Source: Candidatus Rokuibacteriota bacterium (lineage in GTDB: Bacteria > Methylomirabilota > Methylomirabilia > Rokubacteriales > CSP1-6). Taken from it: a DNA stretch of 64,000 bases. The first letter of the stretch is position 1; the number at the start of each line of letters is the position of its first letter. Of this stretch, positions 8,473 to 18,087 are shown one piece after another. Made by a program: the position numbers and the translations under genes. The notes under the pieces are model-generated. The model searched no databases, was not told the DNA's origin, and saw only the letters and a program-made list of their open reading frames with translations. The stretch covers positions 230 through 64,229 of the forward strand of contig QHTE01000068.1 of the NCBI GenBank assembly GCA_003220685.1, given 5' to 3'.

Positions 8473-9978
8473 TCAACTCCTTGTGAGTTGTGCGCATCCT
8501 CTTCCACCGAGCACCCCGCGTGTCTCGTTGGTGGAGAGCAGGGGGCGGGAGGCGCGCGCGACTGGGTGTGACTGCAAGTGGCGGCCATGGGACTCCTCTC
8601 TGTTGGGGGGGCCTAATACTCGCGCGAGCCAACCGCGAACGCAAGCGGGAAGCTGGTCGGCACGGCGGAACGGCGGCGCGTCGAAGTCGGCGAGGAGCTC
8701 GGCGACGAGCGTCTCGAGCGAGAACACCTCGTCGATCCGTCCGGCCAGCGCCGGCTGCGCGGCGAGGGCGACGTCCTTGAGATGGCGGCGCTCCTTGACC
8801 GCGACGGCGGACCAGTCGTCGACGAGCGCCTGCGCGCTGGCGCGATCGGTGTCGCGCGCGATCAGCCGGGCCAGGCGCTCGGAGAAGACGAGACCCTGCA
8901 GCGATTCCAGATTGGCTTTCATGCGCTCGGGATCCACTACGAGGCCGGCGGCGATCCGCTCGAGCGCGTCCAGCGCGCTGCCGGCCGCGTCGACCAGCTC
9001 GGGAACGGTCACGAGCTCGGCCTGCCAGCCGCCGAGCGCGCGCTCGTGCTCCCCGACCGAGCTGGAGAGCAGGGTCGTCAGCAGCCCTGGCGCGCGGGCC
9101 GCCGCGGTCAGAGCCTGAAGACAGGCGACGGGGTTGCGCTTGTGGGGCATCGCGCTCGAGCCGCCGACGCCTTTCACGGGAGCGGACTCGAGCATCTCGC
9201 CGACTTCGGCCTGCGAGAGCAGCGCCACGTCGCGCGCGATCTTGCCGACGGTGGTCGTGACGAGCGCGAGCTCGGTCAGGAGCCGCGTGAGCTCATCGCG
9301 GTGGTCGTGCCACGCTCGCGCCTCGTGCAGGTGCAGGCGCATCGCGAGACCGTTGCGCACCATCGCGCGCTTGGCGCCGATCGCGTCCAGGGTGCCGACC
9401 GCGCCGCCGAGCTGGATGCAGAGCGCCCGCTCGCGCGCCTCGGCCAGGCGCAGGCGGCAGCGGTGGAGCGCGGCCGCCCACCGAGCAATCTTCAGCCCGG
9501 CCGTGATCGGCGTGGCGGGCTGCATCAAGGTACGGCCGAGCATCACAGCGCCGGCGTGGCGGCGCGCGTGGCCGACCAGCCGGCCCGCCGACGCCGCCAG
9601 GACGCCGTCGGCGTCGGTGAGACACGGCTTCAGGCACAGGACCAGCGCGGTGTCGAGCACGTCCTGGCTCGTCGAGCCGTAGTGCACGAACGCCGCCGCG
9701 CGCGCGTCGACCTTGGCGACGTGCTCGGTGAGCGCTCGGACGAGCGGCACCGCGAGCGAGCCCGAGCGCTTGGCCTCGGCGGCGAGCGCGTCGGGCGCCG
9801 GGCGCAGGTCGGCGCAGACCCGGGCGATGATGTGCGCGGCCTCCGGCGGCACGATGCCGGCGTCGGCCTCGGCGGCGGCCAGCGCGCGCTCGAAATCGAG
9901 CATCGCGCGGACGAACGCCTCGGCGGACAGCGCCTGGGTGAATGCGTCGCGCGCGAAGCCGCGGCCGACGATGTTCAC
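8473..9978 (-). CDS. pcaB: 3-carboxy-cis,cis-muconate cycloisomerase (class II fumarase/aspartase family)
   Basis: The signature GSSAMPHKRNP is present, and the gene lies directly downstream of pcaHG. The last ~50 codons have poor GC3 and may be non-native read-through. Confidence 0.85.
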   Translation of the reverse strand: MNIVGRGFARDAFTQALSAEAFVRAMLDFERALAAAEADAGIVPPEAAHIIARVCADLRPAPDALAAEAKRSGSLAVPLVRALTEHVAKVDARAAAFVHYGSTSQDVLDTALVLCLKPCLTDADGVLAASAGRLVGHARRHAGAVMLGRTLMQPATPITAGLKIARWAAALHRCRLRLAEARERALCIQLGGAVGTLDAIGAKRAMVRNGLAMRLHLHEARAWHDHRDELTRLLTELALVTTTVGKIARDVALLSQAEVGEMLESAPVKGVGGSSAMPHKRNPVACLQALTAAARAPGLLTTLLSSSVGEHERALGGWQAELVTVPELVDAAGSALDALERIAAGLVVDPERMKANLESLQGLVFSERLARLIARDTDRASAQALVDDWSAVAVKERRHLKDVALAAQPALAGRIDEVFSLETLVAELLADFDAPPFRRADQLPACVRGWLARVLGPPNREESHGRHLQSHPVARASRPLLSTNETRGVLGGRGCAQLTRS

Positions 9979-9991
9979 GAGCGCTCGCGCG

Positions 9992-10540
9992 CTAGAGCTC
10001 GATGAACACCGCTTCGCCGGCGCCCCGCAGGCGGACGTCCCAGCGATAGATCCTCGGATCGCGGGGATCGCGAATCGCGATCAGCGTGCGCAGCCGCTCG
10101 GGATCGCCGATCGCGCGGGCCAGCGGATCGTCCTTCACCACTTCGAGCGGGGCGAGGAACACGCGCGTGTGCAGGGCACGGAGGAGCCCGCGGGCGAAGA
10201 TCGCGACGCTGATCTGGGGCGCGTACGTTTCCCCGCCGGGCCCCTTGAAGGAGCCGGGCATGACGGTCTCGATCGCGTAGCGGCCGCCGGGGTCCGTCGA
10301 GACGCGGCCGTAGCCGTACGGTCTGGCTCCGTCGTCGCCCTTGGGAAATTGGCCGGCCGGGTCGGCCTGCCAGGTCTCGAAGAGGGCGTCATAGATCGGC
10401 GCGCCCGCGCCGTCGAACAAATACCCGGTGAGCGTGATGCGCTCGCCGCGGCCGGGGAAGAGCACCGTGCCGCCGTCCTTCCACAAGAGCTCGCGCGCGA
10501 AGAACGGGCCGACCGTCTGCGAGGGGGTGGGCTTCGTCAT
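9992..10540 (-). CDS. pcaG: Protocatechuate 3,4-dioxygenase alpha subunit
   Basis: This is the lower part of track ORF 9992..10915 from ATG 10540 (MTKPTPSQTVGPFF..). Supporting blocks are ..FETWQAD.., ..APQISVAIFARGLLRALHTRVF.. and ..YRWDVRLRGAGEAVFIEL. Confidence 0.9.
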   Translation of the reverse strand: MTKPTPSQTVGPFFARELLWKDGGTVLFPGRGERITLTGYLFDGAGAPIYDALFETWQADPAGQFPKGDDGARPYGYGRVSTDPGGRYAIETVMPGSFKGPGGETYAPQISVAIFARGLLRALHTRVFLAPLEVVKDDPLARAIGDPERLRTLIAIRDPRDPRIYRWDVRLRGAGEAVFIEL

Positions 10541-10542
10541 CG

Positions 10543-11187
10543 CTACACTCCCATCGGCGTCGCGCGCGGTCCGCGCAGCACCATGTCCCAGCGGTAGCCG
10601 AGCGCGACGCCCTCGATGCCGTGCTCGAGATCGAGCTCGGCGATGAGCCGCTTGCGGCCGGCCTCGGGCACGCTCTGGAAGATCGGATCGATGGCCAGCA
10701 GGGGGTCGCCGGGGAAGAACATCTGCGTGATGAGCCGCTGCGCGTACGCGCTGCCGAGGTTCTGCCACGGATACGCGCCGGGCTTGATCGTGACGATACG
10801 ATACCGGCCGTCGTCGTCCGTGAGCACCTGCCCCTTGCCGAGGAAGTTGGGATCGAGCGGCGCGTCGTGGTCGTCCACCGGGTGCGGATAGCGTCCGGAG
10901 GCGTTGGCCTGCCACACCTCGACGAGCGACCGTCGCACCGGCCGGCCGTCCTCGTCGAGCACGCGGCCGACGAGTATCATCTTCTCGCCGAGCGGCGCGC
11001 TCCGGCCCCAGGTCGTCAGATCGGCCTCGCTGTCTTTCACGAACTGTCTCGGGAACGCCGGCCCCGTCGCCTCGAGCGGACTCGGCGAGACGCGCACCAG
11101 CGGCTGCGACGGCGCGCGCAGGCGCGTGCTCTTGTAGTCCGGGTAGAGGTAGGGTGGGTGGACGTCATCGGTGCGTGTCTCGGGCAT
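10543..11187 (-). CDS. pcaH: Protocatechuate 3,4-dioxygenase beta subunit homologue that lacks the W-R-P-x-H-I-H-F iron-ligand segment
   Basis: The blocks VEVWQANASGRYPHP..APLDPNF..IKPGAYPWQN are followed directly by LGSAYAQRLITQMFFPGDPL. About 13-15 residues, including both His ligands, are absent. The length is 214 aa against the usual ~235-240. Confidence 0.8.
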   Translation of the reverse strand: MPETRTDDVHPPYLYPDYKSTRLRAPSQPLVRVSPSPLEATGPAFPRQFVKDSEADLTTWGRSAPLGEKMILVGRVLDEDGRPVRRSLVEVWQANASGRYPHPVDDHDAPLDPNFLGKGQVLTDDDGRYRIVTIKPGAYPWQNLGSAYAQRLITQMFFPGDPLLAIDPIFQSVPEAGRKRLIAELDLEHGIEGVALGYRWDMVLRGPRATPMGV

Positions 11188-11238
11188 CAGCGTCTCCCCT
11201 TCGAGGATTCGGCGGCCGCCGGCCGGTAGAGTCTACTC

Positions 11239-11267
11239 CGGACAATCGTCTTGGCTCCAGGTATAAG
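11239..11267 (+). promoter_or_regulatory. Candidate sigma70-type promoter for the amidohydrolase gene (CGGACA-N17-TATAAG)
   Basis: This is the pcaH/amidohydrolase divergent intergenic region. The -10-like TATAAG is at 11262-11267. An 11-bp palindrome GTAGAGTCTAC lies at 11226-11236, just upstream of the -35. Confidence 0.35.
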
Positions 11268-11311
11268 GTGGACTAAAGTGGCGCATCCGGCAGTCCCGGA
11301 GGGGAGAGGAC

Positions 11312-12781
11312 ATGAGCGCGAACGGGCACCTGACGGCGGTAGAGATCCGGTCTCGCCTCGACCATCCGATCGTCGACGGAGACGGCCACTGGGTCGAGTT
11401 CGATCCGGTATTCAGCGAGCGAATGCGCAAGGTAGGCGGCGACCGGGCCGCGGACGGATTCAACGCCGCGATGAAGACCACGCAGGACGCCCTGAGCATG
11501 TCGCTCGCCGAGCGGCGGCGCCGGCGGCTGGCCCAGCCGGGCTTCTGGACGCGCCAGGCGGCCAACACCCTCGATCGCGCGACCGCGATGATGCCACGCT
11601 TGCTCTACGAGCGCCTCGACGAGTTCGGCTGCGACTTCGCGATCATCTATCCGACCGCGGGCCTGCGCGTGCCGCGCATCGGGGACGACGCCACCCGGCG
11701 CGCGGTGGTGCGCGCTCACAACATCGTCACCGCGGATTACTTCCGCAACCTGAGCGACCGGATGACCCCCGCCGCGATCATTCCGATGCACACGCCGGAC
11801 GAGGCGATCGAGGAGCTCGAGTTCGTCACGAGGGAGCTCGGCTCGAAGGTCGGCATGTTCGGCAGCGGCATGTCGCGCAAGGTGGCCTCGACCCCGCAGA
11901 GCGATCCCGACGGCACGCGTCTCGCGGTCTGGTACGACGTGCTCGCGCTGGACAGCGACCACAACTACGATCCGGTCTGGGCGAAGTGTCGCGAGCTCGG
12001 CATCGCGCCGACCTTCCACAGCGCGGGCAGCAACCAGGGCCTGCGCAACTCGCCGTCGAACTTCGTCTACAACCACATCGGGCATTTCGCGGCGGCCGGC
12101 CACGCGGTCTCCAAGGCCATCTTCCTGGGCGGCGTGACGCGGCGGTTCCCGGAGCTGCGCTTCGCCTTCCTCGAGGGCGGTGTGGGCTGGGCCTGCCAGC
12201 TGTTCGGCGACCTGATGGAGCACTGGGATCGGCGCAACCGCCGGGCGCTGGAGAACATGGACCCGCGCAAGCTCGACCGCGCCCTGCTGATGAGCCTCGC
12301 CGAGAAGTACGGCGATCCCGACGTCGCGGAGGCCTTGCGCAAGCGCGACGGCTGGCCGGACCACGACGCCGGCCTGACGGGCGGCGTCGAGGACCTCGAC
12401 GACTTCTCCGCCTGCAAGATCACCAGGAAGCAGGACTGGATCGACCTCTACGCCAAGCCGTTCTTCTTCGGCTGCGAGGCCGACGACCGGGCCACCGCGT
12501 GGGCGTTCAGCAAGAACAATCCGTTCGGCTCCAAGCTCAACGCGATCTACAGCTCGGACATCGGCCACTTCGACGTGATCGACATGCGCACCCCGCTGCC
12601 GGAGGCGTACGAGCTCGTCGAAGAGGGCTGCATCACCCCGGACAATTTCCGTGATTTCGTCTTCGCGAACACCGTGCACCTCTGGGGCACGCAAAATCCA
12701 AAGTTCTTCGAGGGGACGACGGTGGCCAAGGCGGCCGCGGCGGAGCTGGCGCGCGGGCAGGCGTTCGTGACAGTCAACTAG
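11312..12781 (+). CDS. Amidohydrolase-2 family protein (ACMSD/LigW-like metal-dependent hydrolase/decarboxylase)
   Basis: The N-terminus reads IVDGDGHWVEF.. and later blocks are ..FHSAG.. and ..SSDIGHFD.. GAGAGGAC precedes the ATG. GC3 is high. Confidence 0.8.
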   Translation: MSANGHLTAVEIRSRLDHPIVDGDGHWVEFDPVFSERMRKVGGDRAADGFNAAMKTTQDALSMSLAERRRRRLAQPGFWTRQAANTLDRATAMMPRLLYERLDEFGCDFAIIYPTAGLRVPRIGDDATRRAVVRAHNIVTADYFRNLSDRMTPAAIIPMHTPDEAIEELEFVTRELGSKVGMFGSGMSRKVASTPQSDPDGTRLAVWYDVLALDSDHNYDPVWAKCRELGIAPTFHSAGSNQGLRNSPSNFVYNHIGHFAAAGHAVSKAIFLGGVTRRFPELRFAFLEGGVGWACQLFGDLMEHWDRRNRRALENMDPRKLDRALLMSLAEKYGDPDVAEALRKRDGWPDHDAGLTGGVEDLDDFSACKITRKQDWIDLYAKPFFFGCEADDRATAWAFSKNNPFGSKLNAIYSSDIGHFDVIDMRTPLPEAYELVEEGCITPDNFRDFVFANTVHLWGTQNPKFFEGTTVAKAAAAELARGQAFVTVN

Positions 12782-12814
12782 ACGGCGTGCATCGGGTACG
12801 GCCGGCGCCCCGGC

Positions 12815-13030
12815 TCAGTGCTTGAGGGCTCCGGCCGTCAACCCCTCGACGAACTCTCGCTGGAACACGAAGTAGAGCACGAGCACCGGCACCGAGAACA
12901 GCACGAGCGAGGCCGCCAGGATCGGGTAGTTACCGTAGAACTCGCTCGAGAGCAGCGCGTAGATCCCCGTCGGCAGGGTCCGCATTCGCCCCTCGGTGAT
13001 GAACGTCAGCGCGAACAGGAACTCGTTCCA
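12815..13030 (-). pseudogene. C-terminal ~70-codon fragment of a carbohydrate-type ABC transporter permease
   Basis: WNEFLFALTFITEGRMRTLPTGIYALL..YPILAASLVLFSVPVLVLYFVFQREFVEGLTAGALKH is a typical MalG-type C-terminus. Homology stops at about 13030. The rest of the gene is missing. Confidence 0.7.
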
Positions 13031-13036
13031 GTTCTC

Positions 13037-13621
13037 ATGATCGGGTGCGTCGTCCCACGGCCGATCGCGTGGGTCTCGAGCGTGGACGCCGCCGGCGTCC
13101 CCAATCTGGCCCCGTTCAGCTACTTCATGGCGATCACCCACGACCCGCCGACGGTCGCGTTCTCGTCCTCACCACGCGCGACGGCCGGCGGCGGGCGCGG
13201 CAAGAAGGACACCTTGCGTAACGTCGAGACGACGCGCGAGTTCGTTGTGAACGTGGTCGACGACCCACTGGCCGAGCAGATGAACGTGACCTCCGGCGAC
13301 TACGCGCCGGAGATCGATGAGTTCACGCTGGCCGGGTTGGCGTCGGCGCCGAGCGCGAGGGTAAGAGTCCCACGGGTGGCGGCGGCGCCAATCAACATGG
13401 AGTGCCGCGTCGTGCAGATCATCCCGATCGGCAATCTCCCGAGCAATCTCGTGATCGGGGAGGTCGTGCACCTGCACATTCGGGACGACGTCTACGATCC
13501 GGCGAGCGGGCGGCTTGACATGCACCGGCTGCGCCCGGTGGGACGCCTTGCGGGCCATCTGTACACCCACGTCCACGAGATCTTCGAGATGAAGCGCCCG
13601 GCGGTCGATTACAAGGGCTGA
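13037..13621 (+). CDS. Flavin reductase family protein (FMN-binding split barrel), apparently N-terminally truncated
   Basis: The sequence reads ..MIGCVVPRPIAWVSSVDAAGVPNLAPFSYF..KDTLRNVETTREFVVNVV..RPVGRLAGHLY... Family members normally have about 25 more N-terminal residues. Homology begins exactly where the permease fragment ends. Confidence 0.6.
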   Translation: MIGCVVPRPIAWVSSVDAAGVPNLAPFSYFMAITHDPPTVAFSSSPRATAGGGRGKKDTLRNVETTREFVVNVVDDPLAEQMNVTSGDYAPEIDEFTLAGLASAPSARVRVPRVAAAPINMECRVVQIIPIGNLPSNLVIGEVVHLHIRDDVYDPASGRLDMHRLRPVGRLAGHLYTHVHEIFEMKRPAVDYKG

Positions 13622-13689
13622 GTCTGCCTTGACAGCTCGCTCGGCGCTGGGCTAGATGTAGCCCTCAGAGCGCGCCGCCTCGCGGCGCC

Positions 13690-14124
13690 TCACCGGAGGT
13701 GGCCAACTCGCTGGCCTCGGTCGGGATTCGCACGCGCGTCCGCCCCGTGGAGCGCGCCACGTTCTTCGAGGTCTGGAAAGCCAAGAAGCCGGCGGCGATG
13801 ATCCTGGCGGCCCCGGCGGCCCTCGGCAATGCGGCGACCCGCCTGGAGGCATTCGTCATCAGCGGCGCGACGTACGCCTATGGCGGCTATCCCGACATCG
13901 ACGACCTGTTCGTGCAGCAGGCGCGCGAGCGCGACCGCAAGCGGCGGGAGACCTTGCTGTACCAGATCCAGAAGCTGATGCACGAGCGCGTGATGCACGC
14001 GCCGATCTTCGAGCCCGCCACGTTGCACGGCATCGGCCCGCGGCTCGAAGAGTCGGCGGTCGGTCTGAACCCGCTCCTCTACTTCGCCGCGCCCTATGAG
14101 GAGATGCGGCTGAGGAGGCAGTGA
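13690..14124 (+). pseudogene. C-terminal ~140-codon fragment of a family-5 ABC solute-binding protein (paralogue of 47021..48562)
   Basis: ..SVGIRTRVRPVERATFFEVWKAKK..GNAATRLEAFVI..DIDDLFVQQARERDRKRRETLLYQIQKLMHERVMHAPIFE.. aligns residue-for-residue with the C-terminus of the intact SBP at 47021..48562. No N-terminal ~370 codons are present. Confidence 0.75.
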
Positions 14125-14138
14125 CAAGGAGGTTTGCC

Positions 14139-15662
14139 ATGAGCAGCGCCAAGCTTCCGACTCCTGACGAGCTCAAAGCCGTCGGCCGTCAATTGGGGAT
14201 GAGCCTCTCCGACACCGACGTCGCGTTCTTCCTGGAGACCATGGGCGGAACCCTCGGGGCCTATCACGCGATCGAGGCGATGGCCGACCCGATGCCGCCC
14301 GTGAAGTACCCGCGCACACCCGGTTATCGCCCGGAGGGTGCGGCGAACAAATACAACGCCTGGTACTACAAGAGCGACGTGCAGGGCGCGCCCTCGGGCA
14401 AGCTGCGCGGCAAGCGCATCGCGCTGAAGGACAACGTGTGCCTGGCCGGCGTGCCCATGATGAACGGCGCTTCCACCTTGGAAGGCTACGTTCCCGACGT
14501 CGATGCCACCATCGTGACGCGCATGCTCGACGCGGGCGGCACGATCGTGGGCAAGGTGCACTGCGAATACTTCTGCTTCTCCGGCGGCAGCCACACGAGT
14601 GCGGCGGGCCCCGTGCAGAATCCGCGTCGCCCGGGTTACTCGGCGGGCGGCTCGTCCTCGGGCAGCGCGGCGGTGGTGGCGGCGGGAGAAGTCGACATGG
14701 CGATCGGCGGCGACCAGGGCGGCTCGATCCGCATCCCGGCGGCGTACTGCGGCGTCTATGGCCTGAAGCCGACGCACGGGCTCGTGCCGTATACCGGGAT
14801 CTTTCCCATCGAGACGACGCTCGATCATACGGGCCCGATGACGGCGACCGTGGCCGACAACGCGCTGCTGCTCGAAGTGCTGGCCGGGCCCGATGGGCTC
14901 GATCCGCGCCAGGTGAACGTCAAGACGGCGGCCTACACCAACGCGCTGACCGGTGACGCGCGAGGCATGAAGATCGCGGTCGTGAAGGAAGGCTTCGGCC
15001 ACGCGAACTCGGAGGCGGACGTCGACGCGCTGGTGCGCAGAGGGGCCGTGACGTTCAAGCAGCTCGGCGCGCAGGTCGACGAGGTGTCGATCCCGCTGCA
15101 CCTGGCCGGCCCCGCCATCTGGACGCCGATCGCCGTCGAGGGCGCGACCTGGCAGATGCTGAACGGCAACGGGTTCGGCTTCAACTGGAAGGGACTTTAC
15201 GTGACGAGCCTCATCGACGCGCACTCGGCCTGGCGGCAGCGGGCCGACGAGTTCTCCGACACCTTGAAGACCACGATCCTGTTCGGGCAGTACGCGCTGA
15301 ACAAGTATCGTGGACATTACTACGCGAAGTCGCAGAACCTGGCGCGCTCGCTGCGCACCGCATACGACGCGGTGCTGAAGGATTACGACCTGTTGCTGAT
15401 GCCGACGCTGCCGTTGAAGGCGACGCCCCTGCCGTCGCCGGGAGCGCCGCGCATGGAGATCATCCAGCGGGCTTTCGAAATGCTGGCGAACACCGCGCCC
15501 TTCGACGTCACCGGACATCCGGCTATGAGCGTGCCCTGCGGGCTCAGCGACGGGCTGCCGGCCGGGATGATGCTGATCGCGAAGCACTGGGACGAGGCGG
15601 CGATCTACCGAGCCGCGTCGGCCTTCGAGAAGGCGGGAGGTCCTCGCGGTCAGGCCACGTGA
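14139..15662 (+). CDS. Amidase (amidase-signature family)
   Basis: AAGGAGG precedes ATG 14139. The signature blocks GGSSSGSAAVVAAG and [23 protein letters not shown] are present. Confidence 0.9.
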   Translation: MSSAKLPTPDELKAVGRQLGMSLSDTDVAFFLETMGGTLGAYHAIEAMADPMPPVKYPRTPGYRPEGAANKYNAWYYKSDVQGAPSGKLRGKRIALKDNVCLAGVPMMNGASTLEGYVPDVDATIVTRMLDAGGTIVGKVHCEYFCFSGGSHTSAAGPVQNPRRPGYSAGGSSSGSAAVVAAGEVDMAIGGDQGGSIRIPAAYCGVYGLKPTHGLVPYTGIFPIETTLDHTGPMTATVADNALLLEVLAGPDGLDPRQVNVKTAAYTNALTGDARGMKIAVVKEGFGHANSEADVDALVRRGAVTFKQLGAQVDEVSIPLHLAGPAIWTPIAVEGATWQMLNGNGFGFNWKGLYVTSLIDAHSAWRQRADEFSDTLKTTILFGQYALNKYRGHYYAKSQNLARSLRTAYDAVLKDYDLLLMPTLPLKATPLPSPGAPRMEIIQRAFEMLANTAPFDVTGHPAMSVPCGLSDGLPAGMMLIAKHWDEAAIYRAASAFEKAGGPRGQAT

Positions 15663-15934
15663 AAGCGCTCTGATTCAGGGGGCTTCGACCAGAGCTCCCC
15701 GGCTCCCTTCATCGCCACGGCGCGCTCCGGGCTGGCTCGCCAGCGATCGTAGATGTCGTTGCTCGTCCACACGACGAGCGTGGTGATTTTCGTCGCGTCG
15801 CTGGTCGAGTACAAGGTGTGGCGGCTAACGAAGCCCGGCGCGCCGCTCTGTGCCAGGCCGTTGCGGTCCAGGAGCTTTTTGGCCTCGTCGACCTTATCGG
15901 CTTTCGCCCAGTGATGGGTCAGCACGCCTATCAT
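15650..15934 (-). CDS. Antibiotic-biosynthesis-monooxygenase (ABM/Dabb) domain protein
   Basis: The start is at internal ATG 15934 (MIGVLTHHWAKADKVDEAKKLL..VVWTSNDIYDRW..). The product is about 94 aa with a ferredoxin-like fold pattern. Confidence 0.65.
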   Translation of the reverse strand: MIGVLTHHWAKADKVDEAKKLLDRNGLAQSGAPGFVSRHTLYSTSDATKITTLVVWTSNDIYDRWRASPERAVAMKGAGELWSKPPESERFHVA

Positions 15935-15990
15935 GAGTTTGCCACCTTCCGTTCTGACGGCGCCTCGCGGTCGGCCATCCGACGCGGAGG

Positions 15991-16593
15991 TTAGAACCCC
16001 GCGACGTAGGGCAGCTTCCGCGCCGTCGTCTCGATCGCCGCGCCCGCCTCCAGCAGCACCGCCGTCGAGTCCCACGTGCCCCCCACGAGCTGATTGCGCG
16101 GCCCGTCGGGGATGGTCGCCTTGACCGTGCGGTCGCCGAAGCGCACCTCTTGCTTCTCCACGTCCACCGTCATCGGCGACTGCGGCGAGCGGCCGATCTC
16201 ACGCTGGAGCCACTCCAGATCCTCCTGCGAGGCGCGCAGGCACGGAATGCCGAGCATCACGCAGTTGCCGAAGAAGATCTCGCCGAACGACCCGCCGACG
16301 ATGGCGGCGATGCCCCAGCGCATCAGCGCCTGCGGCGCGTGCTCCCGCGACGAGCCACAGCCGAAGTTCTGACCGACGACCAGCACCGACGCGCCCTTGT
16401 ACACGGGGGAATTGAACGGGTGCTCGGGGTTCTGCTTGCGCGCGTCCTCGAACGCGTGCTGCCCCATCGTCTCGAACGTGACTTCCTTCAAGAAGCGCGC
16501 GGGGATGATGCGGTCCGTGTCGATGTCGTTGCCGGGCAGGGGGATGCCGCGGCCCGTGATCTGACGACGCGTGTAATCGGTGGCCGCGCTCAT
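15991..16593 (-). CDS. leuD: 3-isopropylmalate dehydratase small subunit
   Basis: The blocks ..[28 protein letters not shown].. are present. The ATGA overlap with the leuC stop suggests translational coupling. Confidence 0.92.
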   Translation of the reverse strand: MSAATDYTRRQITGRGIPLPGNDIDTDRIIPARFLKEVTFETMGQHAFEDARKQNPEHPFNSPVYKGASVLVVGQNFGCGSSREHAPQALMRWGIAAIVGGSFGEIFFGNCVMLGIPCLRASQEDLEWLQREIGRSPQSPMTVDVEKQEVRFGDRTVKATIPDGPRNQLVGGTWDSTAVLLEAGAAIETTARKLPYVAGF

Positions 16594-17993
16594 TTCAGGA
16601 TCTCTCTCACGTCGGCGACGGCGCCGGTGATCGCGGCGGCCGCGACCATGGCGGGGCTCATCAACAAGGTACGCCCGGTCGGACTCCCTTGCCGGCCGAT
16701 GAAGTTGCGGTTGCTCGACGACGCGCTCATCTCGCGACCGACCAGCTGATCCGGATTCATGCCCAGGCACATCGAGCAGCCGGCCTTGCGCCACTGGAAG
16801 CCCGCGGCCTGGAAGATCTCGTGCAGTCCCTCGGCCTCGGCCGCCTTCGCGACCTGCTGGGAGCCCGGCACGATCAGCGCGCGCACGCCCTTGGCCACCT
16901 TGCCCTTCTTCGCCACCTCGGCCGCGATGCGCAGGTCGGAAAGGCGGCCGTTGGTGCACGAGCCGACGAACGCGACGTCGATCTTCGCGCCCTTGATCGG
17001 CTGGCCGGCCTGGAAGCTCATGTGGGCGAGCGCTTCGCGGAAGGTCGAGCGATCGGACTCGGGCGCCGACTCGGGGGCGGGAATCCGCTGGCTCACCCCC
17101 ACCGACATGCCCGGGTTGATGCCCCAGGTCACCATCGGCTCGATAGCGCCGCCGTCCAGCCGCGCAACGTCGTCGAACGACGCGCCCGGCGCGCTCGCCA
17201 CCGATTTCCACCACGCGGCGGCCTTGTCGAACGCCGCACCAGCCGGCGCGTACTGCCGGCCGCGCAGGTAGTCGATCGTCGTCTGGTCGGGGTTGACGTA
17301 GCCGCAGCGCGCCCCGCCCTCGATCGACATGTTGCAAACGGTCAGGCGCTCCTCCATCGTCATGCGATCGATCACCGGCCCGGCGTATTCGTACGCGTAA
17401 CCGACTCCGCCTTTTACTCCCAGGCGGTTGATAATCGCCAGGATCACATCCTTCGCATACACGCCCTTCGCGAGCGCGCCGTCCACGCGCACCTGCCGGA
17501 GCTTCGGCCTGGCCATCGCGAGGCACTGCGTGGCCAGCACGTCGCGCACCTGCGTGGTGCCGATGCCGAAGGCGATGGCCCCGACGGCGCCGTGAGTCGA
17601 GGTGTGGCTGTCGCCGCACGCGATCGTCATGCCCGGCTGCGTCAGGCCGAGCTCGGGGCCGATCACGTGCACGATGCCCTGCTTGCCCGTTGACATGTCG
17701 AAGAGCGGCAGGCTGAAGTCCTTCATGTTGCGGATCATGTGGACCGCCATCTCCTCCGCCAGCGGGTCGGCGTAGGGGCGGGTCTGGTCGGTCGTCGGGA
17801 TGATGTGGTCGAGCGTGCCGAAGGTGCGCTCGGGCATGCGCACCTTGAGCTTCGAATCGCGCAGCATCTGAAACGCCTGCGGCGTCGTCACCTCGTGGAT
17901 CAGGTGCAGGCCGATCAGGAGCTGGGTCTGCCCGGACGGCAAGGTCCGGACGGTGTGCGCGTCCCACACTTTGTCGAGCAACGTCTTGGCCAT
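16590..17993 (-). CDS. leuC: 3-isopropylmalate dehydratase large subunit
   Basis: [62 protein letters not shown] are the aconitase-family Cys ligands and blocks. Confidence 0.95.
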   Translation of the reverse strand: MAKTLLDKVWDAHTVRTLPSGQTQLLIGLHLIHEVTTPQAFQMLRDSKLKVRMPERTFGTLDHIIPTTDQTRPYADPLAEEMAVHMIRNMKDFSLPLFDMSTGKQGIVHVIGPELGLTQPGMTIACGDSHTSTHGAVGAIAFGIGTTQVRDVLATQCLAMARPKLRQVRVDGALAKGVYAKDVILAIINRLGVKGGVGYAYEYAGPVIDRMTMEERLTVCNMSIEGGARCGYVNPDQTTIDYLRGRQYAPAGAAFDKAAAWWKSVASAPGASFDDVARLDGGAIEPMVTWGINPGMSVGVSQRIPAPESAPESDRSTFREALAHMSFQAGQPIKGAKIDVAFVGSCTNGRLSDLRIAAEVAKKGKVAKGVRALIVPGSQQVAKAAEAEGLHEIFQAAGFQWRKAGCSMCLGMNPDQLVGREMSASSSNRNFIGRQGSPTGRTLLMSPAMVAAAAITGAVADVREILK

Positions 17994-18051
17994 GCGACTC
18001 CTCCTCTGAACTGACGGCGCGTATGCTGCCTCAGGCCAACCATGTAGTCCA

Positions 18052-18080
18052 GTGAAACGTTCTGTAGCGAATGGTAAGCT
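18052..18080 (+). promoter_or_regulatory. Candidate promoter for the LysR gene (GTGAAA-N17-TAAGCT), with the -10 7 nt upstream of the ATG (leaderless type)
   Basis: This is a relatively AT-rich divergent region between leuC and the LysR gene. TAAGCT at 18075-18080 is followed by ctgcttc and then ATG at 18088. Confidence 0.35.
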
Positions 18081-18087
18081 CTGCTTC

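Noticed and set aside
9992-10915. The 307-aa version of the pcaG ORF, with its N-terminal extension
   Set aside because: The extension overlaps pcaH in another frame and is Arg-rich nonsense. pcaG similarity starts at ATG 10540.
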